A stretch of 64,000 nt of DNA, from assembly GCA_043228905.1 (NCBI GenBank), contig JBHGNT010000015.1, positions 8,680,001 through 8,744,000 of the forward strand. The letters run 5' to 3'. Of the stretch, positions 47,994 to 61,866 are shown in pieces. A model generated the notes under the pieces. That model did no database searches. It worked only from the letters and a program-made list of their open reading frames with translations, and was not told the DNA's origin. Every line of letters begins with the position of its first letter. The stretch's first letter is position 1. Made by a program: the position numbers and the translations under genes. Source of the stretch: Azolla caroliniana. Lineage: Eukaryota; Plantae; Polypodiophyta.

Positions 47994-50270
47994 TGTCTCG
48001 TTGTTACGTGCGTACGTGTAGAAAGGGGCGGGACCACAGAGGTCTCAGACGAGGGAGCTCGAGAGACAAGAAAACCGACACCGAACACGGCCTGGAGGCA
48101 ACTGAACACGAGAGAGAGAGAGAGGAAAGAAAGCATGCGCACACGGCACCGACTCTTATGCACAAGAAACAAGGGGTTGTGCTCCCGACACCACCAAATA
48201 CGCCAATATACACAAACAGATATGAGTATGTATATTACAAGGGAAAGAATACAACCCCGGCTTCGAGCCGGACCAAGGTAGGGTATGTTACAACGGCAGT
48301 CTACTGCCAAGTTGCCGATCGGGGAGCTCTCGGCTCGTCGCGCCGAGCGGGGTCTTGCACAGGAGACTGAGCATAAGCAAACCCTAAACAAACACGAACT
48401 CTCAACCCACATGACGACGAAGAAGAAGAAAAGAAATAAGAGGAAGAACACTACTAAACCCTAGACCTAAGTGGTATACCCTCCTAACTCAAAATGGGCA
48501 ACCCTTTTACAAGGGACCATCCCTTCCTTTTATAGAACAAGGAGAGGGATACATTACCATGTGGGATAAATCCCGATTTACATGGTATTCTTTGTCCCGA
48601 CTTGACTCCCACTTGACGCCATAAAGGCACCCCTATTATTCACACGTTTATACAAGGGTGTGTGTACATGATGCACTCTGCCGATTCTTTCGATATTCCC
48701 CGGTTTCACTATGACCCGGAATCTTCACGACATCCGCCCCCACCAAATTGCACGTCCACCGGTATGTGCCAAGTTCGGAGAAGGGTGAGAGATTCCGGCC
48801 GGTGAGGAACCGGTCTTCCGTGGTCCGCATTCCAGTTGCGCGTTGGCCTCGCCGGTTCGAATCGTCGGCCCCGGTTCCTTCTCCGCGTTTGCCTCCCCGT
48901 AGGCTAGTTTGACCCGTCAATAGGTCATTCGCTGCAGTCCCGTAGTGCTCGTGCTTCGCCGTTGGCCCTTCCTTCGATTGCATGAACGCTTCTCGTTGCT
49001 TCGAATACGCGGTGTCCTCCGTTCGAGGAGCACCCGTGATGGCCCGCTTGGCCTCCGTCGACATTCGCGTCGTCCCGATTCTCGTTCCGCGCTGATCTCC
49101 ACTGCCTTTGTCCCCTCGCCGCCACCTACCTTCTCCTTGGTCTTACGCTGCCATGGTGGCCGAATTGCCAAGGTCTCCGGAACCAGTGTGGAGGATCCCT
49201 CTCTGGCCTTCTACGCAAGATCACCTGAACCAGCAACCTATCTCCACGCCGGTTTTCCCACTCTGGCACCTGCGTGTGCCGCGCATCCCCTTTTCGCGTT
49301 CGGCACCGCTCGTGCCAAACTCTGGATACTTCCCATGCACGTGTTGTCGGCCCTCGCCCGACCAGATCGTGCATCGCCGCTTCTCGGCATACTGGTGTCC
49401 TCCGCATATGAGGAACACCCCCGTAGTAGCCCGCTTGGCCACTTTCGTCTTCAGCTGCTGCCACCGGTGTGGAGCCTTCCGCTTGGCGTCGTCCCCTCGC
49501 CCCCACCAGCTTGTTACCTTGGGTTTGGCTTGCCACACCAGTCGTTGCCACTCCAACTGGGCCGCCGAGATCTCCGAAGCGGGTGTGGAGGATCATTCTC
49601 CGGCCCTCGATCATGTTTCCGGTCTCCAGTCTGTGTCGTTTGTTACGCGCCCGTGCTCTCGTTCCCGGCACCACCGTGTGCCGTCTTCTGCCTTCCTTGT
49701 TTGGCACCGCCTGTGCTGACCGCCATCCCTTTCCCTTGCTTTGCTTTGGCCCTCGATGGCCACACGCACGTCTTCCGATCCGCTTTCGGGTGTGCCCTTT
49801 TCGGCTCGGCACACCGCTCCTTGACCGGGTGTCCCCCGCAGCTTACCGGATGATCATCGTCGCCGTGTTTCGGCCTGCATGGCCTCCTTTGTTCACGTGA
49901 CGCCATGGCTATTTGGTGCTTCTGTTGTTGCCGCCTTCGTCCCCTTGGCACCACCTTCCATTACCCTCGGTCTCACATTGCCACGTTGGCCGAACTGCCG
50001 GGGTCTCTGGACAAGTGCGAAGGATCCTTCTTGGGCTTCTGATTTGTTGGGTCACTGACTCGTGTACCGAGCGCGTCCGATCTTTGTCTTGCCGACTCTA
50101 CTGGTGGGGTCCGTATCCGGTTCGTGGCCGCGTCACAAGCCTGATACCTCTTTCCGCTCTTCTTTCTGCTTCCCGTCGTCCGATCACGTTCTCTTGCCGC
50201 CACCGTCCTTTCCTTTAGGGCTCACGCCGGCACTCGGGCCGACCGTTGGATTGGTGTGAGGATCTCCGTG
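47994..50270 (-). mobile_element. Non-autonomous Gypsy-type element I: 3' LTR 47994-48732, PPT 48733-48747, non-recognisable internal region
   Basis: The LTR resembles 55734-56539. The PPT (reverse complement TTTGGTGGGGGCGGA) matches that of element J. Confidence 0.7.
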
Positions 50271-50277
50271 GGACCTT

Positions 50278-53200
50278 GTGCTTAATGTGAGAAAAAGTGA
50301 AAAATTGAGGATACATGCACATTACACAAATACTTGTAAAAAAGAAAATAAATAATCCTAGGGCCTTATGGCATTGAGTGCGTATAGGAGGTGCAAGTAA
50401 GATTTTAACCTTGCAACTCCAAGATAGGAGGCAATTAACTTACCACTAAAGCTACTACAAAGTGCTTTAGATTTTCTATATTTTCTTATCATAATATTCC
50501 GTAGAAAACAAATGTAAAAACCGTGTGCACAAAACAATGGTTTTAAGCCTATGGTTTTGTGCATGTTATAAGCAAAAACCGTGTGCACAAAACCATGGTT
50601 TTAGCCCATGGTTTTATGCATGTCCCAAGCAAGGAGCGTCCTATAAAAGCCTCTACTTGGGCTTGTGTACGGGGGGGGCTCAAAAGAGGATATAATCACC
50701 ATCACCATTGTCCTCTTCTCCATTAGTTGACAAACATCCTCCCTGGTCCGAGACCCTAGTGGTCCCGTTCAAGCGAAGCATGCATGCACACGCATCTTCA
50801 CGATATGTTTTGGTGAAGCCGATGTGAAGAGCCACAGGGGAGGATGAAGATGGATGAGGAATATTTCATGGAGGCAATGTCAAAGATGATAATGGATTTT
50901 TCAAGCGAAGGGAAAAAGACGAGATGTAGTCCAACAAGTCATCGAAAGCGTGGTCGAGCGAGTCAGCTATTTCAACAGGGGCAAAGTCCAAAATTTTCTA
51001 GAGGCCTACAATGCCGAAATGGATTCAAGAGGTGTGAACGAAGTAATGAGGCTTGAGTACTTTTGTCGAGTGGTGGCCGAACCAATCTACGAAGAGATGA
51101 AAGATCTTCAAAAAGCTCACGATTCGTGGGTGTCCTTCGAAGAAGCTTTATGAGAGGCATATGGTTATGAAGAGCCGAAGGGACAAGGTATATACGAGTT
51201 TGACCAATGGGTGTCATCGAGGAAGACCCACCAGAGTGTTATGCATGCATTCGTTGTGTTTGAGTGTTGGTTCGCTCAACTCTCGGAGCGGGATCAAGGA
51301 TTGGTGGGAGCGAATAAAGTCTTAATGTTCGTAAAGTCAATTGATCAGAAGGAAAGGAAGGCCATTGGAGTCCAACTCGAAGATGACGATGGTGCGAATG
51401 GCCTCATTGAAAATTGGGCCGAAGTGAAAAGGGTATGCCAACGACATGACAAGAGGAGGATAGGAATCTTGTTGACAAAGTCATGACCGATGAGGGATGA
51501 TCAAAGGAGGACAAGATGCAGCAACATGCCACCACCAAAGGAAGAAATCTTGAAGAGGGAAGGTTCAACGATACTCGACATAGAAGTCTTTATGTGAGAG
51601 ACATTCGAAAACTTAAAGGCGCAAGTTGAGGATGAAGAGAAGCTTCAAAAGGGACAAAAACTGAGGCGAACGATGATTGAGGAAGAAGAGACCTCTCAAA
51701 AAATGCAAATTAATGAAGTGGTGGATTCGAAGGCTCAAGTTCGGTATGACAGTACCACAAGAGAAAGTGTGGAACAAGTCACTTTCTCATCTTGTAAAGA
51801 AACAACGGAGAAGGATGAAACCAATGAATCGAGGACGGTGAACGCCACTCCGAGGAAGAATGTTTCGGAACACGTGTCATGTTCGAAATGTCGGGTGGTG
51901 AAGGAGCAAGCCTAATAGAAGCTTTCACAATCAAGGAGGATAAAGAGTGTGAGACCCACATGATTAAGGAGGTAGCCACAAAAAACGACATCAAGGAGGT
52001 GGCTATGGACAACATGGGAAAGGTGATCGAACAAAGGTGTATGGAATCCTCCACACTTGTTCTAGAGACTTAGGCAGTTGCATCTGAGAATCAACGTGAG
52101 ATCCAAGAGACGGAAGGTGGCAGCGAGGAAGCGAAATCGGAGCTGATGCACATGATGGGAACATAGCCAAGCAAGCCAAGCAAGCCAAGATGATTTGAAA
52201 GGTGTACCTCAGAAAGTGATCATGTCTTCACATGAGGGAGGACACAAGCATGAAGATCAAAGGTATGATGGTCAACTCAAATGTGAGAGTTTACCACAAC
52301 AAATGGAAGAAAGAGAGGCATGCAATATGGTCTCTTAGAGACCCCGGTAACATCGACATTCAAATGTGGTCTTGTGATGGCAAGTGGGGGACAAGAATGA
52401 ATGATCGAAGTTTCTTGACCAAGGAGACAAATGGGATGAAGGTGGCACATACATAAATTGTGAAAGGTTATGCTCAAGAGGGGCGAAGGGGGCCATGACA
52501 ACCAGTCATAGCATTGCGAAGTGCGAGCGAATGATATGGTGGATCGGATGGCAACGATGGTTCGGCTAGAAGAATGGATGAGCTCAGAATAGAGGGACAA
52601 AGACAGTGCGAGCAAGGCACAAGAAAGGAGCAAATCAAAGGTTGACAACCTTTTGCCCCACCACATGACTCTTCTCCTTCTTGGCACATGCCAGAGGATG
52701 TGCGGTTTGGTGGGGGTGGATGTCGTGATGTGGCGTGTTTAATGCGAGAAAAATTGAGGATTCATGCACATTACACAAATACTTGTAAAAAAGAAAATAA
52801 ACAATCCTAGGGCCTTATGGCATTGAGTGTGTATAGAGGTGCAAGTAAGATTTGAACCTTGCACCTCCAAGATAGAAGGCAATTAACTTACCACTAAAGC
52901 TACTACAAAGTGCTTTAGATTTTCTATATTTTCTTGTCATAATATTTCATAGGAAACAAATGTAAAAACCATGTGCACAAAACCATGGTTTTAAGCCTAT
53001 GGTTTTGTGCATGTTATAAGCAAAACTGTGTGCACAAGCCCATGGTTTTATGCATGTCCCAAGCAGGGAGCGGCCTATAAAAGCCTCTAGTTGGGCTTGT
53101 GTACAGGGGCTCAAAAGAGGATATAATCACCATCACCATCATCATAAATATAAAATTCTTCTTATAATTATACTTCTTATTGTTCATCTTATTTTATCTT

Positions 53201-53342
53201 CAATCAATCTTATTATACTTCTTATTGTTCTTCTTATAATCACATCGTCCTCTTCTCCATTAGTTGACAGACATCCTCCTTGGTCTGAGACCCCGGTGGT
53301 CCCGTTCAAGCGAAGCACGCATGCACGCGCATCTTCGCGATA
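50278..53342 (+). mobile_element. Non-autonomous gag-only LTR element J (tRNA-Trp PBS)
   Basis: LTRs ~50278-50805 and 52721-53342; PBS TGGTGAAGCCGATGTGAA at 50811; degraded gag (YFNRGKVQNFLEAYNAEM); PPT TGGTGGGGGTGGA; no pol. Confidence 0.8.
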
Positions 53343-53863
53343 CCAACAAAATCGGCACCCAAGAGATCCAGATGAGTCCAAAAGCCAACAGAGTTCTATC
53401 AATTGGGTCTCCACTTTGTCAATTACATGGATGCAGGCGAACCAAGCTATTACAAAGAAGCTATAGCCGCACTGGATGCCGACACATGGCTACAAGCCAT
53501 GAAATCCGAGATGAACTCTATACATCGGAGTCAGACGTGGGAGTTGGTTGAACTACCAGATGGAAGGAAGGCACTACCTTGCAAATGGGCCTTCAAATAC
53601 AAATATGTATCTAACTCATAGAAACCCAAATACAAAGCCTTGCTCAGTGCAAAGGGTTTCAAACAAGAACATGGGGTCAACTAGAACGAGATTTCTCACC
53701 AGTAGTCAAGACGACCACCCTTCGGTTCCTACTTGGAGTCGTGGCGACTAAAGAGGTAGAGCTCTAGCAGTTGGATGTCAAGATGGCATTCCTACATGGA
53801 GATTTAGAAGAAGACATCTAGATGTCTCAATTGGTAGGTTTCACAGCAACGAGGGAGGAAGGT

Positions 53864-54252
53864 TGTAAAGAATCCTGAGGGATTTTGTGCAATGGAAGAG
53901 GTGTGTGTGTGTGTATGTGAGAGCGAGAGAGAGTGAGAATGAGAGAGAAAATACAATGTATACAGAAAATGAGAAAAACTGTATTAACAAGACAGGAATG
54001 CACCAATGTTACAAAGAGGAAGAGAAAGGTGCTTATGTAGTCACATTCTCTCTATACAACCACCACTTACTAAAGAGCGGTGGAGACTTAACTACACTAA
54101 ATACATGTTATAGAACTTTAAAATTCTATGATACACTAGTTAATATAGTAGGAGATGGGGGTGTTCACACACTAGAGTATACTAAGGTGTATTCCCACAC
54201 TAGGGAAGTTCAATGAAGAAAAGGGTTTAGTATATATGTTTGATTCTCAATA
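53864..54252 (-). mobile_element. Solo LTR within the RT of Copia H
   Basis: TGTAAAG...TCTCAATA with near-TSD AAGGT/AAGAT. RT text resumes with [14 protein letters not shown]. Confidence 0.78.
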
Positions 54253-55733
54253 AAGATCCCCTAGTATGTCGACTGAAGAAAAGCCTTTATGGCTTAAAAC
54301 AAGCGCCAAGGATGTAGTACCAGAAGTTTGACTCCTACATCACGTAGCTTGGCTACCACAAGTCCGACTCCGACCCATGCATGTATATTCGGCGATTGGC
54401 TGACGAGTCCCAAATCCTATACGTTGATGACATGCTCATTGCAGGGAGAAATCGAGTAGAGATTGGAAAGCTAAAGTGGAGCCTTCATGACAAGTTCACA
54501 GTGAAGGAACTAGGACATGCCCGACACATATTGGGCATGAGGATTGAGCGAAATCGGAAGACAAAGACTCTCTCTCCGGCTCTCCTAGTCCGACTACATC
54601 CGAAAGGTGTTAACGCGCTTCAACATGGAGAACATGAAGCCAGCATCAACTTTGCTTCCGACGTCAATCCGACAATTAGACAGAGACTCTCCTTCGATCA
54701 ATGAGGAGAGAGAGCTCAATAGGAAGATACCCTACGCATTGGCCATAGGAAGTATCATGTACGCTATGGTGGCGACCCGACCCGACCTTGCATATGTCGT
54801 AGTGATTGTCAGCCGGTACATGTCAAAACCAAGATGGAAGCATTAGGAGGTTGTCAAGCACATCTTTAGGTATCTGAGAGAAACCAAGGATGCACAACTG
54901 ACTTTCAGATCAGCCAATCCAATCAAAGTCGAAGGCTATACCGACACCGACTATGCCTGAAATACGAATAATCGGAAGTTGACATCAGGATATCTTTTCA
55001 CCTATGGCGGTGGCACCATATCATGGAAATAGAAGCTTCAAGAGTGCATGGACTTGTCTACCACAGAGGCTGAGTACAAAACAACATCGGAGGGAACAAA
55101 GGAAGCCATCTAGCTGAACCGACTGTCAACCAATTTTTGGGTGACAAGACGAATCGATCATCCAACACCGACCATCTATTGCGACTCTCAGAGCGCAATA
55201 CACCTCATTCGAAATCCATTCTATCATGCAAAGATGAAACACATTGAGGTACGGTTTCATCATCTCCGGGAGTTTGTAATAGACAAGAAGCTCGAAATCC
55301 GGAAGATCGACACTGAGGTGAACATCGACGATTGCTTGCTAAAGCCACTCCCAGAACAATGCTTCGGAGCACTAAGGACAATGATTGGACTACGACAAGA
55401 GACCGAGAAGAAGAAACCCAAACGAGGAGCAAAAGGTAAGTCAATGACCAGCCCGATTGGACAAGCCAAAGAGGCAAAGTTAAAAGAATTGGAAAATACC
55501 AAGAGGCTGAAGATGCAACACTGAGCGAGAATACTTCCTTCAGAGGAAACGATCGAGGGACGAATGAACATGCAAACTTATCATGGAGCCAGAAAGGAGC
55601 ACAATATCAAGCACAAGCAAAAAGTAGACGATCGACCCAAGGCCAAGAGTCTGAATCGACGGCTTTTGTAATGACACAATGACACCAAATAGTTAGTGAG
55701 GATTGAACCTACAACCTCACATCTACAAGACGT

Positions 55734-56539
55734 TGTTGCGTTATTCCACACGTGCGTGTAGAAGGGGCAGGACCACGGGGGTCTCAGACGAGAGAGAGAC
55801 GGAGTATGTAAGTGGAGCCTCACTTCTTCCCGCGACAGGCCAAGACACCAACCAGAGCGTTTCCAGATACGTACAGGGAGCAACCGTATGAGAGAGGGAA
55901 AAGGGCACACACACAACACCGACTAGACACACGCACCGCACCCTATGTACAGAAACTAGAAAGAAAGAAATGCACCAGACACCAACAGAGACACAAATAT
56001 GCACAACCCTTTATTTATATGATTACAAGAGTGAGTTACAACTCCGGCTCCGAGCCGGACTGAGGTAAGCTAGGTCACAATAGCAATCTGCCGCCAAGCT
56101 ACCGTCGGGGAGCTCTCGGGCTCGTTGCGCCGAGCAGGGACTTGCACAGGAGGCCGAGCAAAAGTAAACCCCCACAGAACATACAAGCTCTTCACCGGGC
56201 CGAAACCCTAAACAGACACGAAAGAGGGGGAAGAAGAAGAAGAAGAAAGGAAACCCTAGAACGAAATAGAGTGAAGGAGAAACTGCCTAATCCTAAACTA
56301 ACGGTATACCCTCTAACATAAAATGGGCAACCCCTCTACAAGGGACCATCCCTTCCTTTTATAGAACAAGGAGAGGGATGTGTTACAATGTGGGATAAAT
56401 CTTGACTTACATGCGATTCTCTGTCCCAACTTGACTCCTACTATTCACATGTTTTTACAAGGGTAAGTGCACATGGTGCACCCCACCGATTCTTCCGATA
56501 TTCCCCGGTTTCTCACCATGGCCCAGAATCTTCACGACA
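55734..56539 (-). mobile_element. Solo LTR of the element I family
   Basis: TGTTGCG...TTCACGACA, colinear with 47994-48732. Flanks ACGT/ACAT. Confidence 0.8.
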
Positions 56540-57435
56540 ACATCATGCCTAACCATTTCGATATGAGCATGTACTTATATATAAAAGTTTAGTATTATTA
56601 TTCTAGCATATATACATTCCAGAATATTCTAGTCTTTAGTATATTATAGAAATATTCTATGGTGTAATCTAGATGGGTATATTTTAGAGATATTTGTTGG
56701 GTATATTCTAGAGATATTTCTCAAATATATTCTAGAGATATTCAATCTCAGAACTTGTGTAAATGCTTGTAATGTCATCGGTCCCTTTCAAGGGATTTAA
56801 CACCAGTCATTGACACATCAATCTAGTATTCTCGTTTCATTTCATCTTGTCTCCTTCTTCATCTTTGTCTTCATGTGCTCTAGTTGACCCTAGCTTCCTA
56901 TGTTCATAGTCTTGTCGCCCACAACTTCTAGAGTTCCTAGCCTTGTCATTTCCGGGTCCACTTATCGGTCATCGCCTTGTCATCCATGCTCCATCGTAGT
57001 CCATGGTTGGTGTGTCCTTGACACAATCTGGATAACTAGCCAAATAAGGCTAGAGCCCGACCTTACCTTTGCAGATTCAGCTAAATACTGATAGCCTTAT
57101 ATGTATACTTGTAACTATAGATTAGTTTTGTAATCTAGGTTCATGAGGGAGACAACCCCAAGTACTTGTATACATAGGAAAGAGTAGCCCTTTTATGGGG
57201 GAGTTTGTTGGCATAAAAGGCCGACTCCTTCCACTTTTCATCCTAAGTGTGAACACGCCTTTGAGTTAGGGCTTGAGTATATAAGCCCAACCCTAACATT
57301 GTAAAGATACTTGGAGCGTAAGAGTTGCAGGGTAAGAGAATAAGAACTCTTCTCGCTTCATATCTGTGTTGTTTGTTGTACATCTCTTGAAGATCCTAAT
57401 ACACACTCTTCCGCATATCTGTTCATATACTTTCG

Positions 57436-58250
57436 TTAATACATTGATCTAGAATATTTTCTAAACATATCTCTACGAACTTTACTAGAACATATGGATA
57501 ACAAAATAATTCTCAACTTCATAGTGGAAGGTGAGATGACCTCTAATGCAGACTTAATACCAAGTTGAAATGCATGAACCATACATCTCAACATATTTGA
57601 CGAAGGAAAAATATCATTTCCATGCATATCATGTAACAATCTACCCAACTCATTCAAGGCCATAATAACATCACTAGAACCATAAGATGTTATGGATAAA
57701 ATATGAGAAGACATACCAAAGGATTTCACACGCATAAATAATTCTGGACCACAATGCTTACCTGCACCATCATGAGTAAATACATGGAAGAAATCAATGA
57801 GCATAGACATTGGCTTAACAGATTCTCTACATTGCTAATGTAATGTCATTGGATAAAATCCTTTCAAACTATTATTTCACCACCCATAAAACGGAATTGC
57901 AAAACGTGAATCGAGTATAACTATTTGACAAATGACAACATACATTTTAAAGTATGTGCTGACTTAAGCACATACCCTAGTAAGACATAATGCATGGATT
58001 GTTTAAAACAGAAGGACTCAACATTTCTGTGATTTTGGATCACAGATATTGTATTCATACTTGAGAAACTATGTGGTTGAGATGTGTTAGTAATGTGATG
58101 TTTTTCTAATAAATATTTTGTGAGAGTACCATGGATGTATTATTTGACCAAATAATAGAGCAATGAGAGCATCGATTACGGGGCACACCATCATCTATGA
58201 TAGTTATAAGGGTGTCGGTCTGTCCATGAAGTTCGTTGTCTCTTTAATTT
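57436..58250 (-). pseudogene. hAT-superfamily transposase remnant
   Basis: ILSIT.YGSS...RCMVHAFQL (CxxH motif)...KLR...SS..R; possible BED-finger relic (RCSHCS) near 58170. Confidence 0.6.
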
Positions 58251-59902
58251 GCCTTTAGATGTGTTACTTGTAGAAGTTGAGGCCATTGAATTTGGGGCTG
58301 ATATAGTGTTCAATAAAGGGGTGTCCACACTTGATTCCATGTTCTATGAGGAATTAAAAAATTGTATTGGACCAAAGGAAGTCATAATTAGTGGTATAAT
58401 AAGATGATATGTATAAAATCAAGGGCGCGGATTACTCAAGATATTGGAGGAGATTCTATATGCTCAAAGACATATGGAGCACAATCTAACATTGAAGGGA
58501 ACTAAATTCTTTATATTTGCTACAGTCAAACAATTTTGGTTCTCTTAAGAATGCATGCAACATGGAGGAACATCAAAACCTTTAACTTTGAACCAAGAGA
58601 AAAGGCCAAACTTGAAGAAGATTAAACAAATTTGAGGCCATGTTGATGTTTGTGGTAACAAACATCCTTCAAGTCATGGGAATGAAGAGATCTATGAAGA
58701 GATCAAAGAAATTATATCTGCTTGAGTATCGATGGAAGCTATTTAAATCGGACTGAAAAGAAAAAGGTCAATGTCTCACTGTTGGATACAAACAAAAGAA
58801 TTACCTAAAACTGGAGTTATAAAATCTCTAAATAGAAGGACAGAAAAATACATACTATTGAATTATGACAAAAGATGATTCAGTCATGATTGTACAAGAT
58901 ATATTATCTTTAAAGATAGAGGTTTAGCATGGAATAACATCAAGAAAGAGACAATCCATTCTTAATCTATGTGCAATAATTTTGCTTTCTATCTTTTTGG
59001 TCTCCAAAGACATGACATGACATTGATTATAGATTCAATGCTCCATTGCACTAGAGCCTAGATTTCCCCAATCTAGATCAGACAGAAAAATAGAATTGAG
59101 TGGTCAGAGCAAATATCATCAAGGAACCTAGCCTCCTAAAAATATGAATAAAATCAATAGAGTGGTCATGGATCAAATCATGAGTACTACTCAATTCAAG
59201 GAACCTAAACTCCTCAAAATATGAATCAATAATGGGATAACGTTGTCAATGGGCCTAAAAACATCTCGATCTCTGCATGGTATATGCAGAGAGGTTATTA
59301 CACGCTATTGAGGGTACATATATTTGCACTTGGGGTAGTACAAACTTCACAAAAAAGTCTTGCCTGCCAATCATAGATATTTTCCAAAGAACTATATAAG
59401 TCTAAATGTTTAAGAAGTCATCCAAAACCAGGAGATTAGGTCCAATTCTTCATTGGGTAATTTGGAGAAGGGGCACAATTTTTGTGCGCATAATGTATCA
59501 AAACGAGACTAACTCCTTCTCCATGTTACAACAAATTTTCCCTTAATGAAAGTGCCTATATGAAATGAAATTGTGTGAAACTTTTTTTGGCTGATTATAC
59601 AGATATGCTCTTTACAACATCAAAGAAGCATCCAATTGTTTATCAAAAAGGGCAATTGAAGGTATTGGCACCTCGAAATGCTTTGTCTCTCACAAGAACT
59701 TACAAGTCGGGCAGGAAGTGAAGATGCAGGTAGGCATTGATGCTAACATTCTTATGGGAGAGAATTAAAGTTTGAGGGTATGTGGGTGATGAATTTGAAG
59801 TTCATCAAATATTTATGCTTGTTGACTAGAATTTTCATATTCACTGTCAATAGCAAAATACAGGTAAGGGTGTAGCTATTTTTTTATGCTCCAACAACAT
59901 AT

Positions 59903-61109
59903 TGACAAGAGAGAGAGAGAGAGAGAGAGAGAGAATTGAAAGGAAAGTATTATATTACACTATAAGATGGATTACAAAGAGTAGGCAACAGGGAGCTCTA
60001 GAATGGTGTTGAACCAATTTGATTTTGGAATGATTAATAGATCCCTATTTATAAGTCCCTATATAGTATTCTAGAAGGTTCTAGTATATAGAACTCTCTA
60101 GAATATTCTAGGACATTCTAGAATGTAGAGTAATCTGGAATATTCTTATGATATTAGATTATATATTCTAAAATCTATACAATAAACATATCACTACAAT
60201 GGTTAAGGATTTGACACGTGTATAACAAGGTTGAGGGTTCAAATCCTTTCGAGGCATCATATGAGTATCATCATGACACTATCCCCCTTTTTCTACGACA
60301 CGTATCACGGGTCGTATGGTTTGTATTAGGACTTGGTTTACGAGGATATTGGCAATGAAATGTGGTGACCATGTCCACAACATTGGCAAGATTTGATGTA
60401 GGTTCCCAAGTTTGATCATTGGGTTGTTGTATAGCCTAACCAATCAACCAAGTAATACAACTTGTTGATCACAATTTTAGAATTGAGAATGGCAACAACC
60501 TCAAATTCGGGTCCTTCCAAGTACTCAACAAGTGGGGGAGGTAGTTGTAAGATGACCCAGAATTAAACTTGTGGAGTAAGGTTCCAAAATTGATACATGA
60601 AACCGATGCAGACGCATGTGCAGAGGGAGGCCAAGAAGAAATACAACATCACTTATCTTACCAGTGATCATGTATGGGCCAAAACATTGGGAATCCCATT
60701 TACCACAAGGACTAGTGGTCTTGATGTTGTGTTTTGTGTTGAAGAAGCCATACACGATCCCTAACAAGAAACTTTTTGGAGGAGTCTAAGCGATGACGAT
60801 CCACAAGCCTCTTGTGTGTAACTTGAGCATCATGAAAATTGTGGAGAATGGTAGCGTGAATTTCTTGGAGGCAACTAAGACGATCCTCAGCAGTAGAGTT
60901 GGTAGGAACTTCTGGATGCACATTCATCGTCCACTGAGGATGACAACTCGTATTTGCGAAAAATGGGGAATATCCCGTAGAAGAAAGGATTGAGTTGTTG
61001 TAAGCGAATTCTGCCAAGTGTAAATAATCAACCCAATCATTTTGTTGGTAGTTGATGAAACACCAAAGATATTGCTCCATAGTCAGGTTGGTACGCTAAG
61101 TTTGGCCAT
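59903..61109 (-). mobile_element. Chromovirus (Tcn1-like) 3' fragment: integrase end, chromodomain, PPT, LTR 59903-60278
   Basis: EQYL.CFINYQQNDWVDYLHLAEFAYNNS, GPY, EFEVVAILNSK..YYLVDWLGY..WEP; PPT (reverse complement AAAAAGGGGGATAG). Confidence 0.82.
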
Positions 61110-61590
61110 TGTTGAGCGAACAAGCTCAACCAGATCTGGATTGGCGTTCGGATAGCATCCGGAACCTAGAGTCGGATCGGATTGTAACTGGTAGGCCGTT
61201 AGAGGCCTACGAATCTAGTCTAGTACGTAGGCATAATTTTTGGAAGTAAGTGTCAATCGCTCGTATGAGCATTGAAGTACTTGTCAGTACTTCTGTCATT
61301 CCTTTTAAGGACTTGTATAAAAGTGCTCAGAAAGCACATTGTATGTACAAAATGTTGTTAGTGTTTTTGGTATATACACGTTTTTGTGTTCTGTTCTAAC
61401 TCTGTATCTCTCATGTAAGGTTTCCGGACGAGCCGGTTTTGTCTTGGCTTCTGCAATCGTATTCTTTTACATGGTATCAGAGCGCGAGGGTTGAGAACCT
61501 CTGCATCCGACAAGCATTTTCTAAAGACAAACCCTAACACAAGGTAAAGAACAGACAGAAGAAGGATATGGACTGAGGAATGGATAGCTC
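61110..61590 (+). mobile_element. Copia element L: 5' LTR 61110-61471, Met PBS and leader, interrupted by element K
   Basis: TGTTGAGCG...TTTTACA followed by TGGTATCAGAGC (61472-61483). Confidence 0.85.
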
Positions 61591-61650
61591 TGTTGGGAGA
61601 CAGGTCTCTCTGGATGGGAAGCGAGAAGAACAAACTCGGCCGAGGCCGAA

Positions 61651-61866
61651 ACCGGATGACGGGTTACCCGGCTACGGAGAGCCGGATGGTGCAGACCCGG
61701 TGAGAACCGGATGAGGAGTACCCGGCTACGGAGAGCCGGATGGTGCAGACCCGGTGAGAACCGGATGAGGAGTACCCGGCTACGGAGAGCCGGATGGTGC
61801 AGACCCAGTGAAGACCGGATGAGGAGTACCCAGCTACGGAGAGCCGGATGGTGTAGACCCGGTGAA
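61651..61866 (+). repeat. 54-bp tandem repeat, about 4 copies, in the U3 of the Copia K LTR
   Basis: ACCCGGCTACGGAGAGCCGGATGGTG... recurs at 61666, 61720, 61774 and 61828. Confidence 0.92.

Larger units (their letters stand above)
42171..55524 (+). mobile_element. Heavily degraded Copia element H (INT 42171-43385; RT/RH 53343-55400) split by a ~10-kb nested cluster
   Basis: H.DICGPM, FITFVDD, TLRSDNGG; then EPSYYKEA..WLQAMKSEM, LYVDDML, IYCDSQSAIHL. That both halves belong to one element is inferred. Confidence 0.7.

Noticed and set aside
46028-48451. 807-aa ORF as a membrane-anchored RT fusion
   Set aside because: The hydrophobic N-terminus is read-through from the LTR inserted at 47994.
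48945-49853. 302-aa and overlapping ORFs
   Set aside because: GC-rich retroelement interior, open in several frames, with no recognisable motifs.
61651-61866. Regularly spaced repeats resembling a CRISPR array
   Set aside because: Units are contiguous with no unique spacers, lie inside a plant LTR, and no cas genes are present.
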